The position numbers and the translations under genes are program-made. This document shows, in pieces, positions 18,801 to 28,529 of a stretch of DNA of 64,000 nucleotides. Below the pieces are notes generated by a model that was not told the DNA's origin, ran no database searches, and saw only the letters and a program-made list of their open reading frames with translations. The stretch is from a virus. Numbering within the stretch: the first letter of the stretch is position 1; the number at the start of each line of letters is the position of its first letter. The stretch is taken from the IMG/VR virus record IMGVR_UViG_3300034283_001962, positions 32,001 to 96,000 of that record; one strand, given 5' to 3'.

Positions 18801-19484
18801 GCAGATTTAAGAAGAGTATTAAGTGTAGATTATAATACATTTAAGAAAACAGATAGCGAAAAAGCAGAATTAAGTACTTTAAAAGACAGTTATATTAAAA
18901 AAATGAAGAAAAGTTTTCCTGATTGGACTCAAAAAACGTCAGGTAAAATTAAATTCTTACAGTTTCATACTAAAAGTATATGGTAGTAAAAATAGAATTT
19001 GTTCCTAACAGAGATGGTATAACAACAACTATGTTAGTTAATAAAAATATAATTGATGAAGAAATTCCTTTTGTTCCACTTAAACTTATAGATTCAAGAG
19101 GAATTGCTTTATGGAAATTATGTAATGAAATGAATATAAAGTTTGAAACTGATATAGAATTTATTAACGAAACTTGGGATGAAAAAAGAGAATTGAAACG
19201 TTTATTTGATTACATGCTAAATCCTATTTATGTTCAGAGCTATATGCAACAAGTTGTTCAACCAAAAATTATCAAAAGATTTAATTTTGCTTGATAAGTT
19301 AGCAAATGGTAATTTAATTCAAATTATTAAAAAAAAGAATAAAAAAGGTATTAATGTTTATTTTATTCGAGTTAAATCAATAATTTACTGGCATGATGTA
19401 TCAGAACATAGTAATATTGAAGAAGCTTATGATGAAGTAAAAAGCATTGAACAAATTATTGCAGAATCATTTAATCAAAAATAA
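12899..19484 (+). CDS. Cluster of small early/accessory hypothetical ORFs, several with TM segments
   Basis: ORF track; no recognisable motifs except those listed separately. Confidence 0.55.
13203..13260 (+). ncRNA. Degenerate hammerhead-like motif
   Basis: stem I GTAGAAC/GTTCTAT, CTGATAA-T, stem II GGTG/CACC, GAAAC; G8 replaced by A. Confidence 0.3.
16977..17600 (+). CDS. Calcineurin-like metallophosphoesterase
   Basis: SDPHF.H, LGD, GNHD and HGHVH motifs. Confidence 0.9.
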   Translation: MRLELPANRTFFTSDPHFHHTNICKGISKWSDKESCRPYASLDEMNNELVKMMNVADVYDHIVCLGDWSFGGIEQITRFRNQIRCQNIYLVLGNHDHHIANTSNTDIRQLFATIDKRLHIVLDKQNIICDHYPIISWENMNKGWWHLHGHVHLPPKYALNKGKSMDVGVDGSSMNLYTFKMLQSILDNQPISINVLAKDHHLKEVNY

Positions 19485-19777
19485 AAATGAAAAGACAACA
19501 TACAAAGTTTTTTAAAGTAGCTAATAGTTATCTTGGAACATTTACTCACCGATTGTATAATAAGTTTCGTAGCAGGTATGTAATTTTACAATCTTGGTTT
19601 AGTTTAGGTGGTTTATATAAATATATGGAAATTTTATTTTGGTAATTTTTAAATGAAAGAAAAAGGGGGAGTAAAATCCCCCTTTTTTAATCTAAACTTG
19701 TACAAAATGTGTTTATTAGTCACTTTAACAAAGAATAAGTTAAATGAAAGAACAAAATCGTTAAAATTAGTTAAATA

Positions 19778-20662
19778 ATGGAATATATTATAAATCTTAT
19801 TCAAAACAGTCTTATTCCTTCAAGTTTAAATGTTGTTATATCTAAATTTCCAGATGGACAACAGAATGTATCTATTGATAACATTCCAATGAACTTATCA
19901 GCTAATGATAGTGTTATTATTCGCTCCAGATTAAATTCTTGGAAAGACTTGGAGCTAATTGTAGCTACTAATGCTGCAATTCGTAAATTTACTAAGAAAG
20001 TAACATTATATATTCCCTATCTATTAGGTGCACGTTCAGATAGACAATTTTCTAAATATGGTAATTCATATCTTGTTGATGTTTTAGCTCCACATATAAA
20101 TCTATGTGAATTTCAACAAGTAACTGTAGTGGATGTACATAGTGATGTAGCTGCAGCTTGCATTAAGAATCTTGATATTATTTCTAATAACTTCTTTGTT
20201 CAAGAAGCTATAGAAGATATATTTAGGAAGCCTATAAGTGACTTACAAGATGAAATTGTATTTGTTGCTCCTGATGCAGGTGCTGCAAAAAAGGTCTATA
20301 AGTTAGCTAAAGAAATAGGTTTTAAAGGTGATATAGTAGTGTGTTCTAAATATCGTGATGAGGAAGGAGAATTGTCTAATCTATCTATAAATTTAGATAT
20401 TCTTTCTAATTTACATAAAATGTTTATAATTATTGATGATATATGTGATGGAGGTCGTACCTTTATCAATATTTCTGAATATCTAAAAAAAGAATATGGT
20501 ATAGGATTATTTAATAAAGTATTGTTTGTAACACATGGTATATTCTCACAAGGATTTGATCAGTTGTTACAAGAATTTTCAACGATAGCCACTACTAATT
20601 CTTATCAAGACTTTCCTGAAATGGAAGAAAGCCCAAAATTTACACTAATTAATGTAATATAA
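19778..20662 (+). CDS. Ribose-phosphate pyrophosphokinase-like (Adps-like)
   Basis: KFPDG, PYLLGARSDR, DVHS, APDAGA and IIDDICDGGRTF motifs. Confidence 0.9.
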   Translation: MEYIINLIQNSLIPSSLNVVISKFPDGQQNVSIDNIPMNLSANDSVIIRSRLNSWKDLELIVATNAAIRKFTKKVTLYIPYLLGARSDRQFSKYGNSYLVDVLAPHINLCEFQQVTVVDVHSDVAAACIKNLDIISNNFFVQEAIEDIFRKPISDLQDEIVFVAPDAGAAKKVYKLAKEIGFKGDIVVCSKYRDEEGELSNLSINLDILSNLHKMFIIIDDICDGGRTFINISEYLKKEYGIGLFNKVLFVTHGIFSQGFDQLLQEFSTIATTNSYQDFPEMEESPKFTLINVI

Positions 20663-21210
20663 TGCTTGAAAAACAATCATTCATAAATAAAAATCCATTA
20701 ATGAATTATGATGAAATTGATGGTGATTTAATTGAACTAACAAAAGAAGGTAGATTTCAAATTATTGCACATGGATGTAATTGTTTCTGTCGTATGAAAA
20801 GAGGAATTGCTCCTCAAATGGCAGAAGCTTTTAAGTGTGATTATTTTGAATTAGAAGCTGATATGTATGAAGGAGATCCTAATAAATTGGGTCAAATTGA
20901 TTGGGAAACATTACATATTCGTGAAGATGGTTATGTAATTAGAACAAATAAAAGTTACCCTGATACATTAAAAATAGTTGTAATTAATGCCTATACACAA
21001 TATGAATATGATACTACAAAAAAACCATTTGATTACGAAGCATTTACATTATGTATGCGTAAGATAGCTCTTACATTTCCAGGTGGTCATATAGGATTAC
21101 CTAAAATAGGTTCTCATCTTGCTGGTGGTGATTGGAATCAAATCAAACAAATCATACAGAGAGAATTATGTCCTAAAATGCTAGTAACTGTAGTAAATTA
21201 TATATCATGA
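20662..21210 (+). CDS. Macrodomain (ADP-ribose processing) protein
   Basis: GDL, AHGCNC..M..GIA and LPKIGSHLAGGDW motifs. Confidence 0.85.
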   Translation: MLEKQSFINKNPLMNYDEIDGDLIELTKEGRFQIIAHGCNCFCRMKRGIAPQMAEAFKCDYFELEADMYEGDPNKLGQIDWETLHIREDGYVIRTNKSYPDTLKIVVINAYTQYEYDTTKKPFDYEAFTLCMRKIALTFPGGHIGLPKIGSHLAGGDWNQIKQIIQRELCPKMLVTVVNYIS

Positions 21211-21240
21211 ATTATTTAAATTTAAAATAATTTAAAACAA

Positions 21241-22897
21241 ATGAGAATCAATCCTCTTTTACAAACAGACTTTTATAAGGTAAATCATTATAACATGTAC
21301 CCAAAAAGTACAACTAAGATTTATTCTAATTTAACTCCTCGTAAATCGAGAGTTTCAGGAATAAATAAAATAGTTGTATTTGGTATCCAAGCTTTTATCT
21401 TAGATACATTAATAGAGCAATGGAGAGATAATTTCTTTCTAAGGCGTGAATCTATTACTGAGTATAAGCGTATGATGGATGCTACACTTGGTAAAGATGC
21501 TGTTAAAATTGATCATATAGAAGATCTTTGGGATTTAGGGTATCTTCCTTTGCATATCAAAGCTTTACCTGAAGGGTTAAAATAATGGCTCTTTTAAAAT
21601 CTATTTAATTGCTGGAACGTCTTAAAAATTAAGAAAATCAGCAGCTAAGATTTGTTTATTTAAATAATATATCTTATATTTGTATTATAAAATACTTTAT
21701 ATGGGATATAATATAGGAAAAAATCATCCGAAATTTATTGATTTAACAGGAAGAAAATTTGGAAAACTTACAGTTTTAGAATATACAGAAATCCAAGAAA
21801 AACATAGTAAAGTTTGGAAATGGAAATGTCAATGTGAATGTGGTAAAATTACATTCACAAGAACTAAAGAATTTCTAAAATTGAAGCCTGTACAGTCTTG
21901 TGCATCTTGTGGTAGAAAAAGAATGGGAATAAAAAGAACTCTTCCAGATAATTTAAGTTTAAAAAATAGAGTTTTTAGAGTTTACAAAAAAGGTGCTAGA
22001 AATAGAGGATATGATTTTAGTTTAACTTTTGAACAAGTTATGAATATTATAAATCAAAAATGTCATTATTGTAATAAATCTCCAGAAAATATTGAAGGAG
22101 AATTTACAAGAAATGGTATAGACAGAAAGGATAATAAACTTGGATACAGTATCGAAAATACAGTTCCTTGCTGCAAAACTTGTAACAAAATGAAAATGGA
22201 TATGGATTATAATGAATTTATAAAACATATTTCCGAAATTTATAAACAAATAAAGTTCAACGACTATCTCGAAAGAGAGTACACTATAAGCTAATGATAG
22301 TGGAAAAGGTAGACATCTTTTAAAAGATGAAGATATAGTCTAATCTACATAGTAATATGTAGCAGTTCATAAGAGAACGTGTATAAAAGTTGCGTTTTAT
22401 ACAGAATATAAATTGCATTATGTCCTATTGGTGTACCATGTTTAACAATTACCAATACTGTAGATCATGCATATTGGCTTGTAAACTATTTAGAAACTAT
22501 TATTTCAGCTTCAGTATGGCAACCGATAACAAGTGCTACTATAGCATTTGAGTACCGTAAATTGCTTAATAAGTACGCTCTGGAGACTACTGGTACAACA
22601 GATGGTGTACAATGGCAGGGTCATGATTTCTCAATGAGAGGTATGTCTTCTTTACAATCAGCATGTTCTAGTGGTGCAGGTCATTTACTTTCATTTACTG
22701 GAAGTGACACTGTACCTGCTATTTCATTTCTGGAAGAATTCTATAATGCTGATGTTGAGAAAGAATTGATAGGTGCTTCTATACCGGCAACAGAACACAG
22801 TGTAGCTTGTATGAGTAGTAATATAAATCAATATTCACAAGTTGAAGAAGAATTTGATGAATCAATAAATCAATGGAAAATTATCCGTTATTTTTAG
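21241..22897 (+). CDS. NAMPT/Namat-like N-terminal half; exons 21241-21577 and 22416-22897
   Basis: TDFYK motif; splicing restores LPEG-S-LCPIGVPCLTITNT; contains HDFSMRG and SIPATEHS. Confidence 0.88.
21578..22415 (+). mobile_element. Group I intron in NAMPT
   Basis: Exon ends in U, intron ends in G; IGS ATAATG-GCTCTT pairs with both exons; AATTGCTGGAA, AATCAGCAG, TTCAACGACTA and GATATAGTC core elements. Confidence 0.92.
21701..22294 (+). CDS. Intron-encoded HNH homing endonuclease
   Basis: DLTGRKFGKLTV, CHYC and GIDRKDN..GY...N.VPCC..CN motifs; own promoter TTTG(21651)-N20-TATATTTG. Confidence 0.88.
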   Translation: MGYNIGKNHPKFIDLTGRKFGKLTVLEYTEIQEKHSKVWKWKCQCECGKITFTRTKEFLKLKPVQSCASCGRKRMGIKRTLPDNLSLKNRVFRVYKKGARNRGYDFSLTFEQVMNIINQKCHYCNKSPENIEGEFTRNGIDRKDNKLGYSIENTVPCCKTCNKMKMDMDYNEFIKHISEIYKQIKFNDYLEREYTIS

Positions 22898-23510
22898 TTC
22901 TTGATAAATTATCTTTTGCCCAAAGAGGTCGTTGATTTGTATAATGAAAACATTTCTTTTGTTCTTCTGGATTAGTTAAATCAAAAGTAAAACACGGTTT
23001 AATATGGTCTATATGCCATTTACCATAGTTTTCCCAAGACATATCTTTATCCATGAGCTTAGAAATATAATCCTTAAAAAAATTAGGAGTACATCCAATA
23101 AGATTAAAGGTTTTATCAGCTTTTCTGTTTCCTTTTAAAGCATGATGAACTCTTCTTCTAAGATTTCTTTTAATTTTAAAAGTAGGATCATTTTTATGTA
23201 AACGTTCCCAATTTTTCTTATACTCTTTAATTTTCAAATTGTTAATATTACGATAATCTTTATCATAATTAGACTTTTCAGATTTATGAGATTTATAATA
23301 AGTTCTTTTAGCTAATCTGTGTTTTTCAATATTTTTTTGATAATGAGATTTGCGAGTTTTATTGAACAAATCAGTGTTATTCTCTCTGTAATTTTTATTA
23401 ATTAAATTAATACAAACTTTACAGATAGAATTATAACCTGATTTAAATCTTTTATTTTTAGGAAAATTATCTAATTCTTTTTCAATATGACATTTTGTAC
23501 ATAATTTCAT
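22881..23510 (-). CDS. Free-standing HNH homing endonuclease inserted antisense within NAMPT
   Basis: CxxC Zn motifs; WHIDHIKP...CFHYTNQRPLW.KDN; promoter at 23515-23546 on the minus strand. Confidence 0.85.
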   Translation of the reverse strand: MKLCTKCHIEKELDNFPKNKRFKSGYNSICKVCINLINKNYRENNTDLFNKTRKSHYQKNIEKHRLAKRTYYKSHKSEKSNYDKDYRNINNLKIKEYKKNWERLHKNDPTFKIKRNLRRRVHHALKGNRKADKTFNLIGCTPNFFKDYISKLMDKDMSWENYGKWHIDHIKPCFTFDLTNPEEQKKCFHYTNQRPLWAKDNLSRTKNNG

Positions 23511-23554
23511 TGTACAAAAATACACAATGTACACATAACTACCAAATTATTTTT

Positions 23555-24547
23555 ATGGTAAATTCAAAAAAAGTAAGAACTAGATCTATAACAAAAACAG
23601 AACAGTTATTTAAAGGTCAAAAAGATATGTTATTAAGACATTTTCAATTATATCCATCAGGTATTCTTGCTGAAGTTATGGATACTTGGAATCTTTGGCA
23701 AGTTCTTACAGAACTTCTTCCTGATCCTGAAATTAAAGCAGCAATTCTAGCTAGAGATGGTAAGTTAGTTATACGTCCTGATTCTGGTGATCCTGTTGAT
23801 ATTATTTGTGGTAAACCTATTCCAGAATTTAATACATTAGAAGAAGCAGAAAAACATTTTTATAAAAATGTTTTTGTAAATGGGAATATTCTTTTCAGGT
23901 TAAATGGAGAATTAAGACAAGTTATTACTCATTCTGGAAATACATTTATGAGTCAACTTCTTAAGCAATTTCCTCAAGATAAAGGTGTTATTGAATTGCT
24001 TTGGGATGTATTTGGTGGTACAGTAAACGAACAAGGTTATAAAGTACTTGATCCACACATAGGAGCTATTTACGGAGATTCAATTACATTAGGTAGAGCT
24101 ACTGAAATCTGTGAACGTTTAAAAGCTAAAGGGTTTGCAAGTACTAATATTGTATTAGGTATAGGTTCATTTACCTACCAGTACAATACTCGTGATACTT
24201 TTGGGTTTGCTGTTAAAGCTACTTATGGTGAAGTACTTCAAGAAACAGGTGTGATATTAACAACATATCCTTCTAAAAAAGAGATGAAACCTGTAGGTCG
24301 TGAAATCTTTAAAAATCCTATTACTGATGATGGTACTAAGAAATCAGCCAAAGGGTTACTTCGTGTAGATCATGTTGTAAAAGTTGATTCTTTAGGTGAT
24401 GTAGTAAGTCATGAGTATAAACTTGTTGACCAAGTATCTAAAGAAGAGGAAAAGCAAGGAGCATTAGAAACAGTATTTCTTAATGGAAAACTTGTTAAAT
24501 TGCAAAGTTTATCAGAAATTCGCAAAAGATTATCTAAAAACTTATAA
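23555..24547 (+). CDS. NAMPT/Namat-like C-terminal half (likely start MVNSKK)
   Basis: YPSGI...DTW, VIRPDSGDP, IYGDSIT, RDTFGFAVKAT and KKSAKG motifs. Confidence 0.88.
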   Translation: MVNSKKVRTRSITKTEQLFKGQKDMLLRHFQLYPSGILAEVMDTWNLWQVLTELLPDPEIKAAILARDGKLVIRPDSGDPVDIICGKPIPEFNTLEEAEKHFYKNVFVNGNILFRLNGELRQVITHSGNTFMSQLLKQFPQDKGVIELLWDVFGGTVNEQGYKVLDPHIGAIYGDSITLGRATEICERLKAKGFASTNIVLGIGSFTYQYNTRDTFGFAVKATYGEVLQETGVILTTYPSKKEMKPVGREIFKNPITDDGTKKSAKGLLRVDHVVKVDSLGDVVSHEYKLVDQVSKEEEKQGALETVFLNGKLVKLQSLSEIRKRLSKNL

Positions 24548-24549
24548 TT

Positions 24550-25194
24550 ATGGTTCCAGGAACAGTAACAATGTCATTGGCTGATATAGATAAACTTAGA
24601 AATGATGTCAAAGAAGCTCAAAATCAATTAAAAACAGTTGAAAAAGAAAAAGAAGAAATTAAAGCTGAGAAAAGAGTTTTAAAGATAACTATAACTAAGC
24701 ATTATAGTCAAAGTAATAAATATCTTATTGAAGAATTTATTAGATATGCTAGTGCAGAACATAGATTTGATAGTTTACAGTATGTTAAAGATTCTTTTTT
24801 TGCTCGTCACTTTAGATATTATAATAACTTTGGTTATGATTCAGCTAAAAATGCAGAAGATAAAACAGAAGAGTATATCAACTTTGATGATGCAATCTCT
24901 GATCTTCGTAAAGATGTGGAATACAAAGTGTTTACAGAGCTAGAAACTTTAAGAAAAGCTGAACAAACTTATTCACTAAAGTATGAAACATTAAAAGAGC
25001 AGTACAATAGTGATATAGTAGCCTTCATTAAAGAACATAATGATAGGTATTGTAAATTAATGAAGGAATATACTGATCTAAAAGAAGACAAGGATACTCG
25101 TAAAACTGAGGAAATTCTTAAAGAAAAGATCGCTAAACTCGAAAAAGATTTGTCTGAAGAAAAAGCAAAGAAATGGTATCATAAACTATTCTAA
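24550..25194 (+). CDS. Coiled-coil hypothetical protein
   Basis: 214 aa, heptad-rich. Confidence 0.65.
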   Translation: MVPGTVTMSLADIDKLRNDVKEAQNQLKTVEKEKEEIKAEKRVLKITITKHYSQSNKYLIEEFIRYASAEHRFDSLQYVKDSFFARHFRYYNNFGYDSAKNAEDKTEEYINFDDAISDLRKDVEYKVFTELETLRKAEQTYSLKYETLKEQYNSDIVAFIKEHNDRYCKLMKEYTDLKEDKDTRKTEEILKEKIAKLEKDLSEEKAKKWYHKLF

Positions 25195-25227
25195 AAATCT
25201 TTAAAAATCAAGTAAAAGAAACTAACA

Positions 25228-26916
25228 ATGTTTAAAACTAAGCAAAGTAACTTAATCGAAAAGAAAGAAAGTACTACCATTAAAGGTAAAAAGAATGCAT
25301 TTGTTGCAGCAGCTAATGAAAAAGCTGCAGTTACTATTAGTGGTAATGGTGCAATGAAGTACAGTACTACTGGTAATGATTTTGTTGATCAGTTTGGTAA
25401 ATGCTCTAATTACAAAGCTCCTCGTAGTTACAATGAAGTAAGTAAAGATATGAGTACGTTATGGGCGATTGATCCACAACAAGCATTTGCTTTTGCATTG
25501 TATATTAGAATGATTACCAGAACAGTATCTTTAATCAATGGTGTAAAAACAACCAGTGTACAAAGAGGACAAGGTTTAAAGCACGAAGGAATCATGAGAA
25601 TGATCTGGATTGCTGTAAATTATCCTAATGTATTCTGGAAAAATGCTCACTTGATTGTAGCAGTTGGTTCATGGAAAGATATCATTCAAATGCTCTCTTA
25701 TGATCTTCAGTATAATGGTTGGAAAGACCGTTTAATGAACTGGAATTATTTTGGAGATATGATTTTAGCTGGTCTGGAAAATCCAGCTCAGTCTAATTTA
25801 TTAAAGAAATACCTTCCTCAGATCAAAGCCAATTCTCGTTGTAAGACTATTGAGGCTCAAGCTGATAACCTAATTAGCAAGTGGATATGTTCACTACTTT
25901 TTGGTAGCAAAGAGAGTACATATAACTATAAGAAATACCGTCAATTAAAAACTAGCGGTACTGCACATGAATGGCAGAAGTTAATTTCAACAAAGAACTT
26001 AGTAAATATTAACTTTAGCACTATTCATGGTCGTGCATTAGCTATGATGGTATCTTCTAAGTTCTTGAAAAACAATGGTTTAGAAGCACGTTATGATCAA
26101 TGGCTGACTACACAACCTCTGGTGAAATATACAGGATTTGTGTATGAATTATGTGCAAAGATCAGTGCTATCAAAAAACCATATGAAGAACAAACAATCA
26201 ATAAGCAGTTCATGTCTTTGGTTGAAACAGCTAAAAAAGGAGCTAAGAAAGAAACTTCATTGATTGTAGTACGTGATACAAGTGGCTCTATGAGTTCAAA
26301 TGCAACAGGTACAAAAATATCATGTGGAGATGTAGCTAAATCTTTAGCTCTGTTCTTTAGTTACATGTTACCAGAAGGAGCATTTAACGATTCTTGGATC
26401 GAATTCCATAGCACAGCTCAAATGCGTACTTGGAAAGGTAAAACTCCAGTTGAACGTTGGAAGAATGATCATTCTTCGTATGTAGGAGATACAAATTTTG
26501 AAGGAGTAATTGACCTAATTTGTAATATTAAAAGAAAAGGAATTAGTGAAGAAGAGTTTCCAACAGGAATTCTTTGTGTATCCGATGGTGAATTTAATCC
26601 TGCTCAATTAGGTAAAACTAACGTTGAATCAGCTCGTATAAAGCTTAAAAAAGCTGGTTTCTCTGCTGAATATGTAAAGAATTTCCAGATAATTCTATGG
26701 AATTTAGGTAATTCTTACTACGGTAGAGGTAACTCTGGTAATAAGTTTGAAACTCATGGAGAAACTGAGAACGTGTTTTATTTCTCAGGTCTTGATGGAT
26801 CAGTTATAGCATTTCTTACAGGTTTAGAAGGTCAGAAAGCTGGTGTTCCTAAAACTGATGTAGAATTAATGCAAGCTGCATTAAATCAAGAGATCTTTGG
26901 AATGATCCAGATCTAA
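25228..26916 (+). CDS. TROVE-like + vWA protein (DUF2828 type, Ro60-like)
   Basis: Helical N-region with GSWKD; MIDAS DTSGSM, TNF and SDGEF; IILWNL. Confidence 0.8.
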   Translation: MFKTKQSNLIEKKESTTIKGKKNAFVAAANEKAAVTISGNGAMKYSTTGNDFVDQFGKCSNYKAPRSYNEVSKDMSTLWAIDPQQAFAFALYIRMITRTVSLINGVKTTSVQRGQGLKHEGIMRMIWIAVNYPNVFWKNAHLIVAVGSWKDIIQMLSYDLQYNGWKDRLMNWNYFGDMILAGLENPAQSNLLKKYLPQIKANSRCKTIEAQADNLISKWICSLLFGSKESTYNYKKYRQLKTSGTAHEWQKLISTKNLVNINFSTIHGRALAMMVSSKFLKNNGLEARYDQWLTTQPLVKYTGFVYELCAKISAIKKPYEEQTINKQFMSLVETAKKGAKKETSLIVVRDTSGSMSSNATGTKISCGDVAKSLALFFSYMLPEGAFNDSWIEFHSTAQMRTWKGKTPVERWKNDHSSYVGDTNFEGVIDLICNIKRKGISEEEFPTGILCVSDGEFNPAQLGKTNVESARIKLKKAGFSAEYVKNFQIILWNLGNSYYGRGNSGNKFETHGETENVFYFSGLDGSVIAFLTGLEGQKAGVPKTDVELMQAALNQEIFGMIQI

Positions 26917-26933
26917 AAATATACAAAGGTAAA

Positions 26934-26965
26934 TTTGGATATTTCGATATCCTTATTTACCTTTG
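26934..26965 (+). promoter_or_regulatory. Bacteroidota promoter (TTTG-N20-TACCTTTG) embedded in a long hairpin, driving the ncRNA array
   Basis: Exact consensus; predicted TSS near 26970-26973. Confidence 0.75.
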
Positions 26966-26972
26966 TTTTACA

Positions 26973-27398
26973 AGACTACAAACAGCAACACAAAAACAAA
27001 AATTCAAACTTGAAACTTGAACAAGGAAGTTCGAATCTTCCACCGTTATACCGAGGTAGTTGGTCTGGAAAATCGGTAGTAGTCTGAACAAAGTCGCTTA
27101 CAGCAACTAAAGCAATCCCTTTGTAATGGAAAAAAGCAAAAAGCGACTTGAAATAAGAACTCTAACAGCAATATATAATGATTGAGGATCAACTGGTCAG
27201 TGGTTCGAGTCCACTCATTAGAGAAATCTAATGTAGCTCAGCTGGTAGAGCAGTTTAAAAATGAGTTCTGAAAAGGTTATCAACCGCAAACCATAATAAT
27301 TTTCACTTTTACTGAAAAAAACAAATGGTAACCTGTATAAGAATAGCAACAGCAACTAATAAAATTTCAATTGGTGAAAAAAAACAAATGCTATTCTG
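26973..27398 (+). ncRNA. Array of five Y-RNA-like units (26973-27086, 27091-27150, 27156-27270, 27274-27335, 27340-27398)
   Basis: Each unit: 7-8 bp terminal stem + AC(A/C)GCAA + internal hairpin + A-rich strand + stem + G; unit 3 has a permuted T-arm/acceptor/D-arm as in YrlA. Confidence 0.75.
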
Positions 27399-27777
27399 AT
27401 TTTTTTAAATGGGGCAGACCGGATTTGACAGCGAAGGATCGGTAATTACACATGTAGGCAAAGCAAGAACGCCTTAAAACACTTGCAAAACAACAAACGA
27501 CACTTCTAAAGAAGCACGTATTGCAGAAGGTGGAGCGGTTATCCGTTCAATCTTCAACAAGGTAGCAGTAGCTGCCTAAGCAATTGGGGGAGTTATCCCT
27601 TATTACCCAAAATAGCAATTGTTTTCTTTGTTTTCTCAAAACAAAGTGGTGGTAGCTCTAACCTTGGTTAGTTCCCTTTACGGTGCAGAAAGTAATTGAA
27701 TGGGTAAACCAGATAATGAAATTAGTACTAAACATGTGAAACGTTGTAATTATTGAAATTTTGTTTGGACGTGGGTT

Positions 27778-28441
27778 TAAAGTCGGACCCGCTATATAGG
27801 AATATATAGGCAATAATTGGGAGAATTGCTGGAACGCTAAGGATTTATATCTATGCTAATCAGCAGCCGAGCTTCAAGGAAGTTTGAAGAAGGTTCAGAG
27901 ACTAGGGATACTACGGTAAGCCCATAGCACCCAACATCCAGAACGGATGATGATATAGTCCAACATCTATTGAAAAATAGAGAGTTAAAAGTTTGGAGAT
28001 GTAGTATATTTACCCTATCTTCGTATTAAATAATACGTATGAACTGGGATTATATTACAGGTTTTTTTGATGCAGATGGTTCTATTAGTTTAGTTCGACA
28101 GAACAAAAATAGAGAACGTGCACCTCAAATTTCATTTCATAATAATGAACTGAATATTCTAGAAAATATTCAAAGTTTTATTAAAAAAGAATTGAATATT
28201 ATAGGTCATATTTCTAAGAAAAAGAAAGCTAAAGAACATCATGGTCAACAATATGATTTAAAGTATCACGGTTTTCCAAAATGTATTGTAATTGGAAGTA
28301 AATTAAGAAGTATTCATCAAAAGAAAATTAAAAGAATACTTTTAAGTGAACTTATTCATAAGATAACTCCTAGAAACGGTAAATATAGTGAACAAACACT
28401 TAAAACCAGATCAGAGTTAGAACTCAAATTTTTAAATTAAG
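27778..28441 (+). mobile_element. Group I intron in the tmRNA T-loop
   Basis: P1 GTGGGTT/GACCCGC; AATTGCTGGAA, AATCAGCAG, TTCAGAGACTA and GATATAGTC; terminal G. Confidence 0.9.
28039..28440 (+). CDS. Intron-encoded single-motif LAGLIDADG endonuclease
   Basis: YITGFFDADGSI motif. Confidence 0.9.
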   Translation: MNWDYITGFFDADGSISLVRQNKNRERAPQISFHNNELNILENIQSFIKKELNIIGHISKKKKAKEHHGQQYDLKYHGFPKCIVIGSKLRSIHQKKIKRILLSELIHKITPRNGKYSEQTLKTRSELELKFLN

Positions 28442-28529
28442 CGACTCCCACCTGCTCCACTTTTTTTAATGCGTAAAAAAGTCGCCCGGTATTTTCTAAT
28501 ACTGGGCTTTTTTATTTAAATTTGTTCCT

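Larger units (their letters stand above)
27411..28460 (+). ncRNA. ssrA: tmRNA (exons 27411-27777 and 28442-28460)
   Basis: GGGGCAG/CTGCTCC-A acceptor with G3.U70, GGATTTGAC, tag ORF ending VAVAA*, spliced T-arm GTGGG-TTCGACT-CCCAC. Confidence 0.92.

Noticed and set aside
22805-23545. Split intein in NAMPT (Cys after HSVA; THN at ~23530)
   Set aside because: The Cys is native to the NAMPT HSVxCM motif; THN is followed by Tyr and lies upstream of the likely start, within the endonuclease promoter
26973-27398. CRISPR array or ordinary tRNA genes
   Set aside because: No identical direct repeats or cas genes; the tRNA arms are in permuted order
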